Below are positions 34,501-46,100 of a stretch of DNA of 64,000 nt, piece by piece (the stretch's first letter is position 1; every line of letters begins with the position of its first letter). This DNA is from Macrostomum lignano. Taxonomy: Eukaryota. The stretch lies in contig NIVC01000922.1 in NCBI GenBank assembly GCA_002269645.1, positions 124,001 through 188,000 on the forward strand, in the 5' to 3' direction. Under the pieces are notes generated by a model. The model was not told the DNA's origin and searched no databases. It saw only the letters and a program-made list of their open reading frames with translations. Position numbers and translations under genes: made by a program.

Positions 34501-37500
34501 GGCTCCAGGTCGATCACACGGCACCGTCTTGTCGGCGTCAGGATTAGGTCGCTCCGAGGGACTTTGTCTCGCAACGTCGGCGTACGTCCGTTGATCTCGA
34601 ATCGAAGTTCTCTTCATCGCTCTCATGACAGAAGATTCCGCAGATGGAGCAGTGCACATGCCTCCACTGCACAGCCCGGGCGACTCTTGGCTGTAGGGCG
34701 AGACGCAACACGTGAAGCACGCCTCGTCACAGGCAGCCCTAGCCGTCGGCTCAGTCGTCGTCAAAGCTGGGTGAGTCTTCTCCTGCACTGGGCGGTGTCG
34801 CAAAGGGGGACTCGACTTTCCGCACAGGCGATGAGCAGCTGTCTGTCGGCCCGGGGGACAGAGCTTCGACCTTGCAGCTGGCGCGAGATTCTGGCCTCTG
34901 TCAACACGGCGAGAAATCTCAGCGAAAGGCTCTGAAGGGTTGTAGTTAAATTGCTTGCCTGGAGTTGCGTGGCGGGCCGTCATCAGAAGGGCTGCTGGTG
35001 CGGTGGCCTTTGAATCTTGGTCCGTGGGCGTCTCCAGAATCCTAGACCTGAAGTCTTGGGCGTCGTCAAGGAGGTCTGTGTCCACAGTGGCCTCAAGGTC
35101 TTCGTCCAGGTTGGTCTCCAAGTTGCGGTAGGCGGCATGGGCATCGCGGCAGAGGACTGTTGTCGCAGTGGCCTCTGAGTTGTCGTCCAGGCCGGTCTCC
35201 AGGCGTTGACTGCAGCGGTGGGCGTCGTGCTGGAAAGCTGCTGGCGCGGTGGCTTCCAGGTCTTCGTCCAGGTCAGTCTTGGCCTCCAAATAGCGAGGGT
35301 GGACAGTCTTCGGGAGGGCTGCTCTGGCAGTGGCCTCGGGTGTCGCGTCCAAGTCCGGTTCCAGGTCGTGGTCGTCACCGAATCGGGCTGTAGAACCAGG
35401 TTGCTCTAGCAGTCGGCCATGTTCGAAGGAGATCGGCGGCGCCTCCGGTCTTCTTGACAGGGCATCAGCGTTGGCGTGGTCCTTGCCTTTGCGGTGGTTG
35501 AGCTGGAAGCGGAACTCGCTTAGGCGTTCGATCCAGCGGCCTAAAATGCCTGTGACCTGAGTCTGGTTCAGTAACCATAGTAAGGCCCGATGATCGGATC
35601 GAACTTCAAACTTCTTTCCGATTAAGTAATGACGGAAATGTCGCATAGCGTCCACAACTGCAAGCAGCTCTTTCTTCGTGACCGTGTAGCGCTTTTCAGG
35701 ATCGCGAAGTTTCCGGCTAAAGAATGCAATTGGACGTTCGACGCCGTCGGATTGCAGTTGTCCAAGGCAAGCGCCTATTCGAATATCAGAGGCATCAGTG
35801 TCGAGGACAAACTTCACAGCAGGATCAGAATTAAATTCAGGCAGAGCGAGAACTTCAGTAGAACACAATTTCTTCTTCAAAGTGTCGAACGCTACCTGAT
35901 GCTCGGGAGTCCAGTGCTGCCGCAGGCTGCCAATGTCCTTTCGCGTCAGGGGATGCAGCGGCGCAGCCACTCCAGCGTAGCCATCGACAAGCTTGTGGTA
36001 GTAATTGGCGAGGCCTAGGAATTGTCTCAGTTGAGTAACGGACTGTGGCACGGGCCAATCACGGATCTGCGCAATCTTGTCCTCACAGGTCTTCAGGCCG
36101 TCGGGAGTCACGACGTGACCTAAATAATGCAGCTCCTTGAGGAACAAATGACACTTCTTCGGTTTCACTTTGAGGTTGGCTGCGATGATGCGCTGGAGTA
36201 CAGTTCGCAAGTGATCCAGCTGTTCCTCGAAAGTCACTGAGTGCACCACGATGTCATCCATGTAGCCAAGCGCAGTTTTTGGCGTCAGGCCGTCCAGGAG
36301 CTTATTAATGCAACGCTGAAAGCTGCCGGGACTATCGTGGAGACCCATCGGTAGAACGTTGAAACAGAATTGGCCGCGGTCGATCACTGAGAATGCCGTC
36401 AAGTGCTGGTCGCAGTCGCGCAGCGGGATCTGCCAGAATCCTTGAGCAAGGTCCAAGCTGGAATACCACTGAGCACCACGAAGCTTCGCGAAGGTTTCCT
36501 GGATGTGCGGCAGCGGATACGGGTGATACACACACCTGTCGTTGAGAGCTCTGAAGTCGTGGACTAGTCGGATGTTGCCGTCCTTCTTGGGCACGATGAG
36601 CATTGGCGAGTTGTAGCTCGAGTAGGCAGGGCGAATGATGTGCTTCGCCAGCATCTCGTCTAGCAGGGCGTCGAGTTTGTCCTTCAGATGAGGCGGGATC
36701 CTGCGCGGTGGTAGCGCGACTGGTGTCCGATCCTTCAGGATGATCTCGTGGGTCACCAGATGAGTCAGGCCGGCGTCTAGCGAGTGCTTAGAGAAGGCCG
36801 CTTGACATTCGACTAGTAGATCTCGCACTCTTTGATGTTGTTCTTTGGACAATTCGCTGTTGATCTCGACTTCATCTAGCCATGCTGTGCTGGACTCTTC
36901 AGAGTTCTTCGGGAGGTGCCGCACTTCAGGTTCGGACGTCTCACTCAAGTACATCAGGTCGGCAGTTCGGAGTGGTGTCGCAACTCCAACACGGATACCG
37001 GCTTGCAGAAACACCTCGCTGTCAGCGGTGTTGACGACCTCAATGTAGCCGCGACCTTCAGGCATCGTCATCAGAGCAGGCGCTGCTTCCAGAGCGTTGC
37101 AGCTGGGATGCAGCCTCGACTTAACCAGCTCGACAATTGATGGCGATCCTCGATTCTCAGGGTGGCCGTCATCCAGTCTGACGGCAAGCAGCGCTGAACT
37201 TCTAGGCGGCAGGGTGCACTTCTCGGAGGTGTACACTCGGCAGGATTGAAGCTCACGACGCGAATAACGAACAGGGATGCACGTGCCATTGTTGAACGTC
37301 AGCATTCCTTGAGCGAAGTCCAAGTTCTGGCAGTGCTCTCGCATAAACGATACGCCAAGCAAATTTTCACAATCGGAGACCGTAACGAGGAATTCGGTGT
37401 CCGCGACGACATCAAACTCCACGGGGATGGTCACCTTACAAGCAAGTGGGAGCTGCGTCCCATCATACATAGTTACGCAATCGGGAATAGCATGCGATAT

Positions 37501-37860
37501 AATACAACGAGGCATCCGGCGTCTAATAGCGGCCCAGGTTGACGAACCAAGGAAGTTTTTCCGGCTGCCGCTGTCTAGCAAGAAAGGGACTTCTCGACTC
37601 GCAACTCGACCTGTGACGTACGGATCGGCCTCACGCGCATGAATTTTTTGATTCGGGGAGGTGTCCACGAAACCTCCGCACTCAGCGTCGCTTACTGACG
37701 AGCGACTGTCGGACTGGGCATTGGCGCCTGCACAGCCGACATCCTCTTCTTCTCGCGACCGTTCGGAATCTGCCAAGTAGCCTGGGCTTGGACCTCGCGG
37801 AGGGCGGTGCCGTTGTCGCTCTCCGCCTGGCCGTTTCCCTGGTTCTGGCGCATCGGGCAC
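31529..37860 (-). CDS. pol: Gypsy pol (protease, RT, RNase H, integrase), interrupted at ~32982 by the RTE insert
   Basis: LLDSG protease, YMDD RT, LDTDASD RNase H, HSSPLCGH...CRTC HHCC finger and DDE core (CDVVGP, TDQG, VENLN). Removing the RTE and one GACG copy restores one frame to the stop at 31529 (1761 codons). Confidence 0.93.
31940..32981 (-). mobile_element. 5'-truncated RTE-clade LINE inserted in the Gypsy pol C-terminus
   Basis: ORF ...ACVESTITF...LGHVLRMPDTSLTKKCVLGW...RDRESWKETVK followed by four Cys/His fingers; stop at 32004; (GAA)n tail; GACG duplicated at 32982-32985 and 31936-31939. Confidence 0.85.
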
Positions 37861-38936
37861 TGGGCGTTACGATGACCGGGCTGTCCGCAGCCATAGCAGA
37901 TCATAGCTCTCTGTGGCGGACTGGTTGTCAGCTGTTGGTCACGCTGCACCAGGTGATCAAGCATTCGCTGCTGCTTCTCGATCAAGTCGGTTAGAGTCAG
38001 CAAGGCTTGGGCGGTGACGTCGGGCTTCGGGTCGCCGTCCTTCCCGTCCAACATCCTAACCGGGGGTTGAGCGGATCGCTGCGCCAACTCTTTGGCGCCT
38101 TCTAGTCGTCGTAGCTCTCGAATCGCCGCAAGAAGATTGTTCGGGCGAACCCAGTACAGCCGTTCACGCAGATCTGGAGTCGTCCGGATACCAGCAAGAA
38201 ATTGATCAGCAATCTCCTTCTCGCGGTCTTCAGGATGCATTCGAGGATATGCACGTTCATCAAGAGTTCTCAGGGCGTCAGCGAACTCTTCTGCTGACTC
38301 ATTCTTGCCTTGTTGACGACGTCGCAATAGTTCTCGATACTCATCAGCACCACCATGACGGGCAAATCGCTCAATAAGACGCTGCTTGACCTCCTCGTAG
38401 CTGGCGAAACGCGGAAGATTCATACCAAGCAAGGAAGGATACGCAGTAGCCAAATCAAGACTCGCGATGAGGTGTTGCTTCATCTCGAACGGGTCGACGA
38501 TGCGCTCCATCTCGCAACGCTGCTCGAACGCGGCAAGCCAGACATGAATGTCCTGACTTGGAGTAAACTTCACAATTTTAACTTGTTTACTCACGGGCCG
38601 CTCAATCTGCTGCTGCAGAGCTGCCATCATGGTCCTCACGTCCTGGTGCGTGATGTTCCGGCCGATGTTGTCCAGGCCTTGCAGAAGCTCGTCTGGCGGG
38701 TCGTCGGACGCGTCGCTTCTGGCACCTCGCCTCGGCGTCGGCTGCTGACCAAAGTCGTTGATCGCTGCTGCTGCTGCGGCGTCTGCTGCCGCAGGCCTCG
38801 AACTGCTGATGTGCTGATCCAGCCGGCTGCTGCACCGGCTCTCGTCTCGCTCGTTGAACATGTTGAACTCGTAGTCGTTGGCCGAAGTCGTTCTCGAAAG
38901 AGCGGTTGGCTTGGGTGTGTCGTAGTCGGATCTCAC
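37692..38936 (-). CDS. gag: Gypsy gag, ~414 aa, with CCHC zinc knuckle
   Basis: Capsid-like region (WLAAFEQRC...YEEVKQRLIERF...QGKNESAEEFADALR) and CYGCGQPGHRNAQC; first ATG at ~38862. Confidence 0.92.
   Translation of the reverse strand: MRSDYDTPKPTALSRTTSANDYEFNMFNERDESRCSSRLDQHISSSRPAAADAAAAAAINDFGQQPTPRRGARSDASDDPPDELLQGLDNIGRNITHQDVRTMMAALQQQIERPVSKQVKIVKFTPSQDIHVWLAAFEQRCEMERIVDPFEMKQHLIASLDLATAYPSLLGMNLPRFASYEEVKQRLIERFARHGGADEYRELLRRRQQGKNESAEEFADALRTLDERAYPRMHPEDREKEIADQFLAGIRTTPDLRERLYWVRPNNLLAAIRELRRLEGAKELAQRSAQPPVRMLDGKDGDPKPDVTAQALLTLTDLIEKQQRMLDHLVQRDQQLTTSPPQRAMICYGCGQPGHRNAQCPMRQNQGNGQAESDNGTALREVQAQATWQIPNGREKKRMSAVQAPMPSPTVARQ
37833..37839 (-). promoter_or_regulatory. Probable -1 ribosomal frameshift slippery site G GGA AAC
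   Basis: X XXY YYZ heptamer in gag phase within the gag/pol overlap; pol is in the -1 frame; downstream GCGGAG/CTCCGC stem. Confidence 0.7.
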
Positions 38937-38950
38937 CGCTGCGTCACCAG

Positions 38951-40061
38951 TGAAGTAGACGGGGTTTTCTCGGGGTGGCCTGGTAGGTCTTTGAATCCCA
39001 CCGCTGCCACCAGTGAAGTAGACGCTGTTTGCTTCCCGGATTAGGCCCTTGCGGATTACCTTAAACCTCGAGCCTCTTCAGTGGGAAGTCCTTTCAGCGC
39101 GCAGTAGCGTAGGTAGTGCTGCCACCAGTTCCTTAAGGTCTCAGCCTTCGGTGAGGTGAGCTTCCCGTCGGAACGAAATAAACAAGTCAACGAACTCAGC
39201 ACAGCGTGCAGATTTGCAGATTAATGAACAAGGCGTCCTGATCAGCAGATCCCCGCCGGGCTCAGGGGTGGCTGGGAAGGCAGTGTTAGCCTCCCTTAGG
39301 CTTGGGCGTCTAAGTTTTAGTCAGGCCAATTGGTGATAGCTTAAATGGGCAACTGAACGAAGTCCGGAAAACTAGACAAGAAGAAGATTCCGAAGACGAA
39401 TAGTCAGAATCTCAGGCACTCGGCTACAAATACTGATGACTGAAAACTGAAAGCTGAAAACTCCTTGACGGAAACAAAGGGGAGAGGGGTCCTATTTATA
39501 GCCGGGAAACACCCGCGCAGAAGACCTCGTGACTCGTTCTATTTTTAGAACTGACGTCACTTGAGAGTCTCGGGCAGGGTACTAGCGCGCGGAAGACCTC
39601 GTGACTTGTTCTATTTTTAGAACTGACGTCACTTGAGGGTCCCCCGGCAGAGTGCACATGGCTGTGACTCAGTTGCTATTTTTAGCAACATGAGTCACTC
39701 CTCTCCTTAGAGAAGGGAGGGGACCGAAAGCATGTGACTCTCCCGGTAAACAGGGCCAGCAAGTGCAGTAAACATGTTTACTGCACTTTAAGACATCAAG
39801 AAAGCAAGGCCTGTCATGTGACTGGCTCACATGACAGGGGAAACAGAGACTGACGAAACAAGGACAACCCACAACAGAGAGGCTGAGGGCTGAGAAACGA
39901 AGGGCAGCACGGGCAGAAGGAGGGAAGGGAGCAGCAACAGACAGCCAAAAGGAGGGAGGCGGGAAGCTGACCAGCGGCAGACAGCAACCCAGGGCGAGGG
40001 CGAGGGCAAGGGCAACTGCTGACAAAGTGCGACGCCTAACACCAACTAGCGGATCACTACA
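38951..40061 (-). repeat. 5' LTR of the Gypsy element
   Basis: Direct repeat of 29887-30997, adjacent to the PBS. Confidence 0.95.
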
Positions 40062-40559
40062 AATGCTTAGAAGATCATTGGAGCCCTTAATTTAATGTAA
40101 TGGGTGGGAGGGGGTTAGAACAATAGAAATGAATGAAAGACTCCAGCTTCAAAGCTTTTGTAAGAGTAACTCTTAAGTCCCTAGGGTTGGAGACTCAAAT
40201 AGTCAAGAAAATCTTTGACTCCATGTGCACATTGTGTAGATGAGATCATAGGGGCTAAAGTTAAGATGAATGTTTTCACTATAAATGCAAGGGCAGCTCT
40301 CAAGTCACTAAGCTTGGGGATTTAAGCAATATAGATTTTCTACACCATATGCACATTGTGTTGTTTGTTGGGGTTGTGAGGCCTAAAATAGAAGAGAACA
40401 GAAGATGGAGAGAACGCAGATTGAACAGGGACAAGGCTAGATAAACCGAAGTAACTATAGTTAGCATTAACAGTTAATTAACCTTAAATCAGATGTGAGC
40501 CATCCAGTTTTGCTATTTGATTTGCAGTTTTCTGTCGACACTCACTAATTAAACAAGAA

Positions 40560-41758
40560 ATGGCAGAGGCTGATGATCAACGAGTGGTCCACCTCAAGAC
40601 CACCCAGCAGTTGTCCTCGGCCCAACGCCAGGGTCTCCAGATTGAGGCTAACAGAAAGTTTGATTCCGGCTCTAATAAACAGCACAAGATTGACAAAGAT
40701 GCTAGGAAGCTGGACCAGGAGACTGAGAATCTGCATCACAACAGGGTTGGCATGGACGTTGGCAAACTTATTCAGCAGGGCCGCCAAGCAAAGGGGCTTA
40801 GTCAGAAGGATTTAGCCACAAGGATTAATGAGAAGCCGCAGGTTTGTGCCTATACCCCATATATAACTCTGACTTTAATTGTTGCTTTGATGTGTGTCTA
40901 TAATCTAGTATAATCTTTATCTAATCTTACTATTAGTTTCAAGTGATGTCTCTAATATCACTTCTTTTCCAGTGTTATTGACTCCATAGTCTAATCTCAC
41001 TGTTTCCTAAGTCTGTTATCACTGTTTCCTCGAGTCTAATCTTACTGTTCCTCGAGTCTCTATTCTTGCTGTTTACCCCGAGTCTCTAGTCTCGCTGTTT
41101 ACCCCGAGTCTCTAATCTCACTGTTTTCCCGAGTCTCTAATCTCACGGTTTCCCCCGAGTCTCTTATCTCGCTGTTTACCCCGAGTCTCTAATCTCACTG
41201 TTTCCCCGAGTCTCTAATATCGCGGTTTACCCGAGTCTCTAGTCTCACTGTTCCCCGAGTCTCTAATATCGCGGTTTACCCGAGTCTAGTCTCACTCTGC
41301 ACTATGTATCTAATCTCACTCTATCCACTATGTATCTAATCTCACTCTCTTCACTATATTTCTAATCTCACTCTCTTCACTATGTTTCTAATCTCACTCT
41401 CTTCACTATGTTTCTAATCTCACTCTCTTCACTATGTTTCTAATCTCACTCTCTTCACTATGTTTCTAATCTCACTCTCTCTCCCCACTATGATTCTAAT
41501 CCCAGTCTATCTACTTATCCACTATGTTTCTAATCTCACCTAGCTAATCAGTGCGCCGCCATCGCTCCGCCCGATCCCCAGGTGATAGCCGAATACGAGA
41601 ACGGCCAAGCCATTCCCAACAATCAGGTGCTTGGCAAAATCGAACGCCAGATTGGCATAAAATTGCGCGGCAAAGAGAAGGGCCAGTCTCTGTCGCAGCC
41701 TACTGCCGCTCCTGGGCCGGCAGCAGCCACTGGCACTGGCAAAGGCAAGAAAAAGTGA
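40560..41758 (+). CDS. EDF1: Endothelial differentiation-related factor 1 / multiprotein bridging factor 1, 152 aa; exons 40560-40841 and 41582-41758
   Basis: [10 protein letters not shown]...KLDQETE...[24 protein letters not shown]|[29 protein letters not shown] is the MBF1 plus HTH signature; phase-0 GT-AG intron. Confidence 0.95.
41000..41545 (+). repeat. Two intronic minisatellites in EDF1 (~25-bp CCCCGAGTCTCTAATCTCACTGTTT and 26-bp CTAATCTCACTCTCTTCACTATGTTT)
   Basis: Directly visible tandem units. Confidence 0.85.
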
Positions 41759-42384
41759 ACAATACGGACACGGGATGAAAACTCGGGAAAATATTCGAGT
41801 CTTATGTTCGGCCGTCTTGGTTTACTTTCTCCATAAAAATTCACGGATTTTTTATAATAATCTTCCAAATTTAAATTGTAGGCAACATCAACGGGGTTTG
41901 GGTTGAATTGTGTATGAATTCTCACCTGCGCTTCTAAGTAGTTATTTTATTTTGAAGAAAAAACAACTAGAGCGACATAACAAAACTATACTATTGTTTT
42001 GTGTGTTCCACGTACCGTGTCAATTATTAATGTACATTGTTTAATTATATTTGCGTATTATGCTTATCATTACTGTAGCTTGACTTCAGTTTTAACATTT
42101 ACACATATGAAGTAATACTACTATAAGTACCGAACTATAGTTACTGACAGAATTGTTGATGCCTCAAACTCGATTCCTATTTCGAGGCAATATTTACAGA
42201 CTACAGTTGTCCAATATTCGACTTTTCTGTATTCTGAAAAAGCTTGCTAAACAGTTTAGTACAATAAATCGAATGGATCTGAGTTTCCACTGGGGTCTGG
42301 TGCGTTAACTGAGCAGCCTTTTTGTGTTTCAATTGTCTGACCTTCAGTTTGCTTTCATTGTTGCTTGCTTTGCACACTTTAACT

Positions 42385-42992
42385 GATCCTCAGTTGCTGG
42401 GCCAGCCTCCCACATCCTCAGTCAGTTGCTGGGCCAGTCTCCCAGATCCTCAGTCAGTTGCTGGGCCAGCCTCCCACATCCTCAGTTGCTGGGCCAGCCT
42501 CCCACATCCACAGTTGCTGGGCCAGCCTCCCACATCCACAGTTGCTGGGCCAGCCTCCCACATCCTCAGTTGCTGGGCCAGCCTCCCACATCCTCAGTTG
42601 CTGGGCCAGCCTCCCACATCCACAGTTGCTGGGCCAGTCTCCCACATCCTCAGTTGCTGGGCCAGCCTCCCAAATCCTCAGTTGCTGGGCCAGCCTCCCA
42701 CATCCACAGTTGCTGGGCCAGCCTCCCACATCCACAGTTGCTGGGCCAGCCTCCCACATCCACAGTTGCTGGGCCAGCCTCCCACATCCACAGTTGCTGG
42801 GCCAGCCTCCCACATCCACAGTTGCTGGGCCAGCCTCCCACATCCACAGTTGCTGTGCCAGCCTCCCACATCCACAGTTGCTGGGCCAGCCTCCCACATC
42901 CACAGTTGCTGGGCCAGCCTCCCACATCCACAGTTGCTGGGCCAGCCTCCCACATCCTCAGTTGCTGGGCCAGCCTCCCAAATCCTCAGTTT
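42385..42992 (+). repeat. 28-bp minisatellite (CAGTTGCTGGGCCAGCCTCCCACATCC(A/T)), ~21 copies, ~160 bp upstream of the MAD1 ATG
   Basis: Directly visible; explains the overlapping repetitive ORFs in the track. Confidence 0.92.
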
Positions 42993-43148
42993 CTAGGCCA
43001 CCGCCGCCCTCCCAGAAAGTCCCGCAAGGTATTCGAATATCTGAAAAATATGACGCATCATACACAGCTACTACTACTACTTTATGCCTGGCATCAGTAG
43101 TACATTAGACCATCCTTCCAATGCTTCCCTCCCCCTTAAACTGATCGA

Positions 43149-46100
43149 ATGAGCAACAAATCCGCCGCCGCAACCGCCGAAGCTTCGTCCGCTTCCGCCG
43201 CCAAGCGTCGCTGCTGCTTCCAGGAGACATCGTCCTCAGTGTCTCTGTCGTCCAGCTTCGGCTCCGAGGACATGCAGAATCTGCCGCCGAAGACGCCGCT
43301 TCTTGGCGAAACTGCCGGCCTCGTTGCGTCTGCCGGTGTGTCAACCGCCTCCGCCGCCGCAACTCCCATGGAATTGGGAATCCGGGATCCCGTTCTGAAA
43401 CGATATTCCCGGGATTATTCGCGCAGTTTTCAACCGCCGCAGGGACCTCCGCCGCCGCCAACATCAACCATGTCGAATAGACTAGCTCTGCAGCAGCAGC
43501 AACAGCAGCAGAATCGGTGGCGTCAGCAGTCTGGAACTTTTGAAGGCGACAGTCGGTCGTCGACTACCGCATCGTCTGATTTTATTGCCGCCGCTGGACT
43601 GCCGAGGCAGAGTCCGGCGCCTAGTGAGTGTTGGGAGAGTTTGGTTCTGCTTGGGGGTGAAGCTGAAGCTTCCATTTATTGCTGTCTACTGGGGGATTTT
43701 TATCCCTATCTATTGAGGGATTTTTATCCCTATCTATTGAGGGATTTTTATCCCTCTATTTATTGGGTGGGGGATTTTCATCCCTATTTATGAGGATTTA
43801 TCCCTATCTATGGGGGGTTTTATCCCTAACTGTTGGGGATTTTTAATCCTATTTATTGGCGGATATATATTCCTATCTAGACCTATTTTCCCTATCTATC
43901 TATCTATCTATCATCCCTATCTATTAGGGATTTTTATCCCTATTGGGAGATTTTATCCCGATATATTGGGGATTTTTACCTCCTATCTATTAGGGGAATT
44001 TCATCCCTATTTTATTGTAAGTTTTTTTCCCTATTCAGGGATTTTATCCTGTCCATCGGGGTTTTTTATTTCTACCTATTAAGTATTTTTATCCCTTTCT
44101 ATTTGGATTATTATTTCTATCGATTAGAGTTCATGAATATCTTAGTTTGCTCAAAATCCTATATATTTATTCTAAAAATCTTCTGGCACTGGCAGATTTT
44201 TTATCCCCAAACTTAGTGAAATAAATTTTTCTTTCTGCGATTCGCAGGTCTACTTGGTGACCGGCGTCAGCAGCAGCAACAACAGGTGGAATCCAATGTT
44301 AAAATAAACGGCCTTCAAATGCGATTGCTTGCTGAGGAGAGCGCCAGGAAACGGCAGAGAATTGAAGCTGATCAACAGATTCACCGTCTGAGGGATGAGA
44401 ATATTGTAAGCTGCTGGAATGCTGTCCTCTGACTGCCTCACCGATCCCTGATTGCGTCTCTGATTTCCTGATTCCCTGATTGCATCACCGATTCACTGAT
44501 TGCATCACTGATTCCCTGATTGCATCACCGATTCACTGATTGCATCACTGATTCCCTGATTGCATCACTGATTTCCTGATCGCATTACTGATTTCCTGAT
44601 TGCATCACTGATTCCCTGATTGCATCACTGATTCCCTGATTGCATCACCGATCCCTGATTGCATCCCTGAATCCCTGATGCATCACTAATTTCCTGATTG
44701 CATCACTGATTTCCTGATTGCATCACTAATCCCTGATCCCATCCCAACTGCATCCCTGCTCCCATTCCAACTGCATCCCTGATCCCATACCAACTGCATC
44801 CCTGATCCCATCTCTTATCCTCATCAGCGCCTGCAATCGCGCGAAGGTTCCACCGAGGAGCGCAGCCGCCTCGCCACGGTCACCGCCGAGCTGCAAACAG
44901 TTCGTGACGAATACCAGGATTATCGATCCAAAACCCAGCGCACTCTGGACGATTGTCAGCGCAATGTTACCAGACTGAATCGCGAGAAACTCGAACTGGA
45001 GGAGCGGGCCACGGCTGACAAGGAGCGACTGGCGCTGGAGTTGAAGGAGGCTCGAAACAGGGTGTTCGAGTTGACTTCGAGAGAGCTGCGAATGACCGAG
45101 GAGGCTAGGATGCAGGTTGGGATAATTGTTTTGGAATTAGTTGACTGTTCTTGGGTTTTAGATTCTTGGTTTTGATGGATTCCGATACAATTAGGATTTG
45201 TCTTTGTGATGGGTCTTTGTTATGTAGGATGGGATGTTTATTTTGGGTAGGGTGATTGCTAATGGGGTAGGGTGGGGTCTATATTGGGTAGGGTGGGTGT
45301 TTATTGGGTAGGGTGGGTGTTTATTGGGTAGGGTGGGTGTTTATTGAGTAGGGTGGGGTTTATATTGAGTAGGGTGTGTGTTTATTGGGTAGGGTGGGTG
45401 TTTAATCGGTAGTGTGGGTGTTTATTGGGTAGGGTGGGTGTTTAATCGGTAGTGTGGGTGTTTAATCGGTAGTGTGGGTGTTTATTTGGTAGGGTGGGTG
45501 TTTATTGGATAGGGTGGGTGTTTATTGGGTAGAGTGGTTGTTTAGTGGGTCAGGTGGGGGTCTATATTCGGAAGTTTGGAGGTCTATATTGGCTAGGTCG
45601 GGTGTTTATTGAGTAGGATGGGGTCTATATTGGATAGGGTGGATGTTTATTAGGTAGAGTGGGTGTTTATTAGGTAGGGTGGGTGTTTATTTTGTAGCGT
45701 AGATGTTTTTTGGGTAGAGTAGGGTCTATATTAGATAGACAATACGCTATTCGCTACCAGCATCAATGGCTTTTACCTTTATTTTTTAACCTATTTTCCT
45801 GGTGTTAACAATAAAAAAAGTTTATTCCCGCTTCTTAGGCCGAGATCCGCTCCAAGGAGCTGTCGGAATGGAAGGCTCACTTGGCCGAGCGCGAGGCCCA
45901 ATTAGAAGAGTCCAGCAAGTTGCAAGCCCGGGTCAACGAACTGGAGCTGCAGGCCAAGCGGCACGAGTCTGAGCGGGCCAGGTTGAAGAGCGCCAACGAA
46001 GCTATCGATCGGTAAGTGTACTTTTATCTGTTGGAGCAGTGAGTCAATTGATCGGTCTGACTCTCGCGCCACCCATGGCCGCTGGTTCGATTCCGTTAGC

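Larger units (their letters stand above)
29887..40061 (-). mobile_element. Gypsy/Ty3 LTR retrotransposon, 10175 bp including a nested RTE fragment; young
   Basis: 1111-bp LTRs (29887-30997, 38951-40061) with TG...CA ends and about 9 differences by eye; 4-bp TSD AATG (29883-29886, 40062-40065); PPT GAACGGGGAGAG at 30998-31009; tRNA-Leu-like PBS at ~38932-38949; gag and pol in PR-RT-RH-IN order. Confidence 0.97.

Noticed and set aside
38991-39012. tRNA-Leu gene, and tRNA genes at the SINE heads
   Set aside because: Only the 3' ~20 nt including CCA is present (PBS-derived). The SINE heads lack a full cloverleaf.
33165-39044. Numerous 60-260 aa antisense or alternative-frame ORFs within the Gypsy
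   Set aside because: Expected shadows of GC-rich gag-pol; no independent motifs.
42322-43108. Several 200+ aa repetitive ORFs (CWASLPHPQLLGQPP...)
   Set aside because: The 28-bp unit is not a multiple of three and is open in many frames; a minisatellite artefact.
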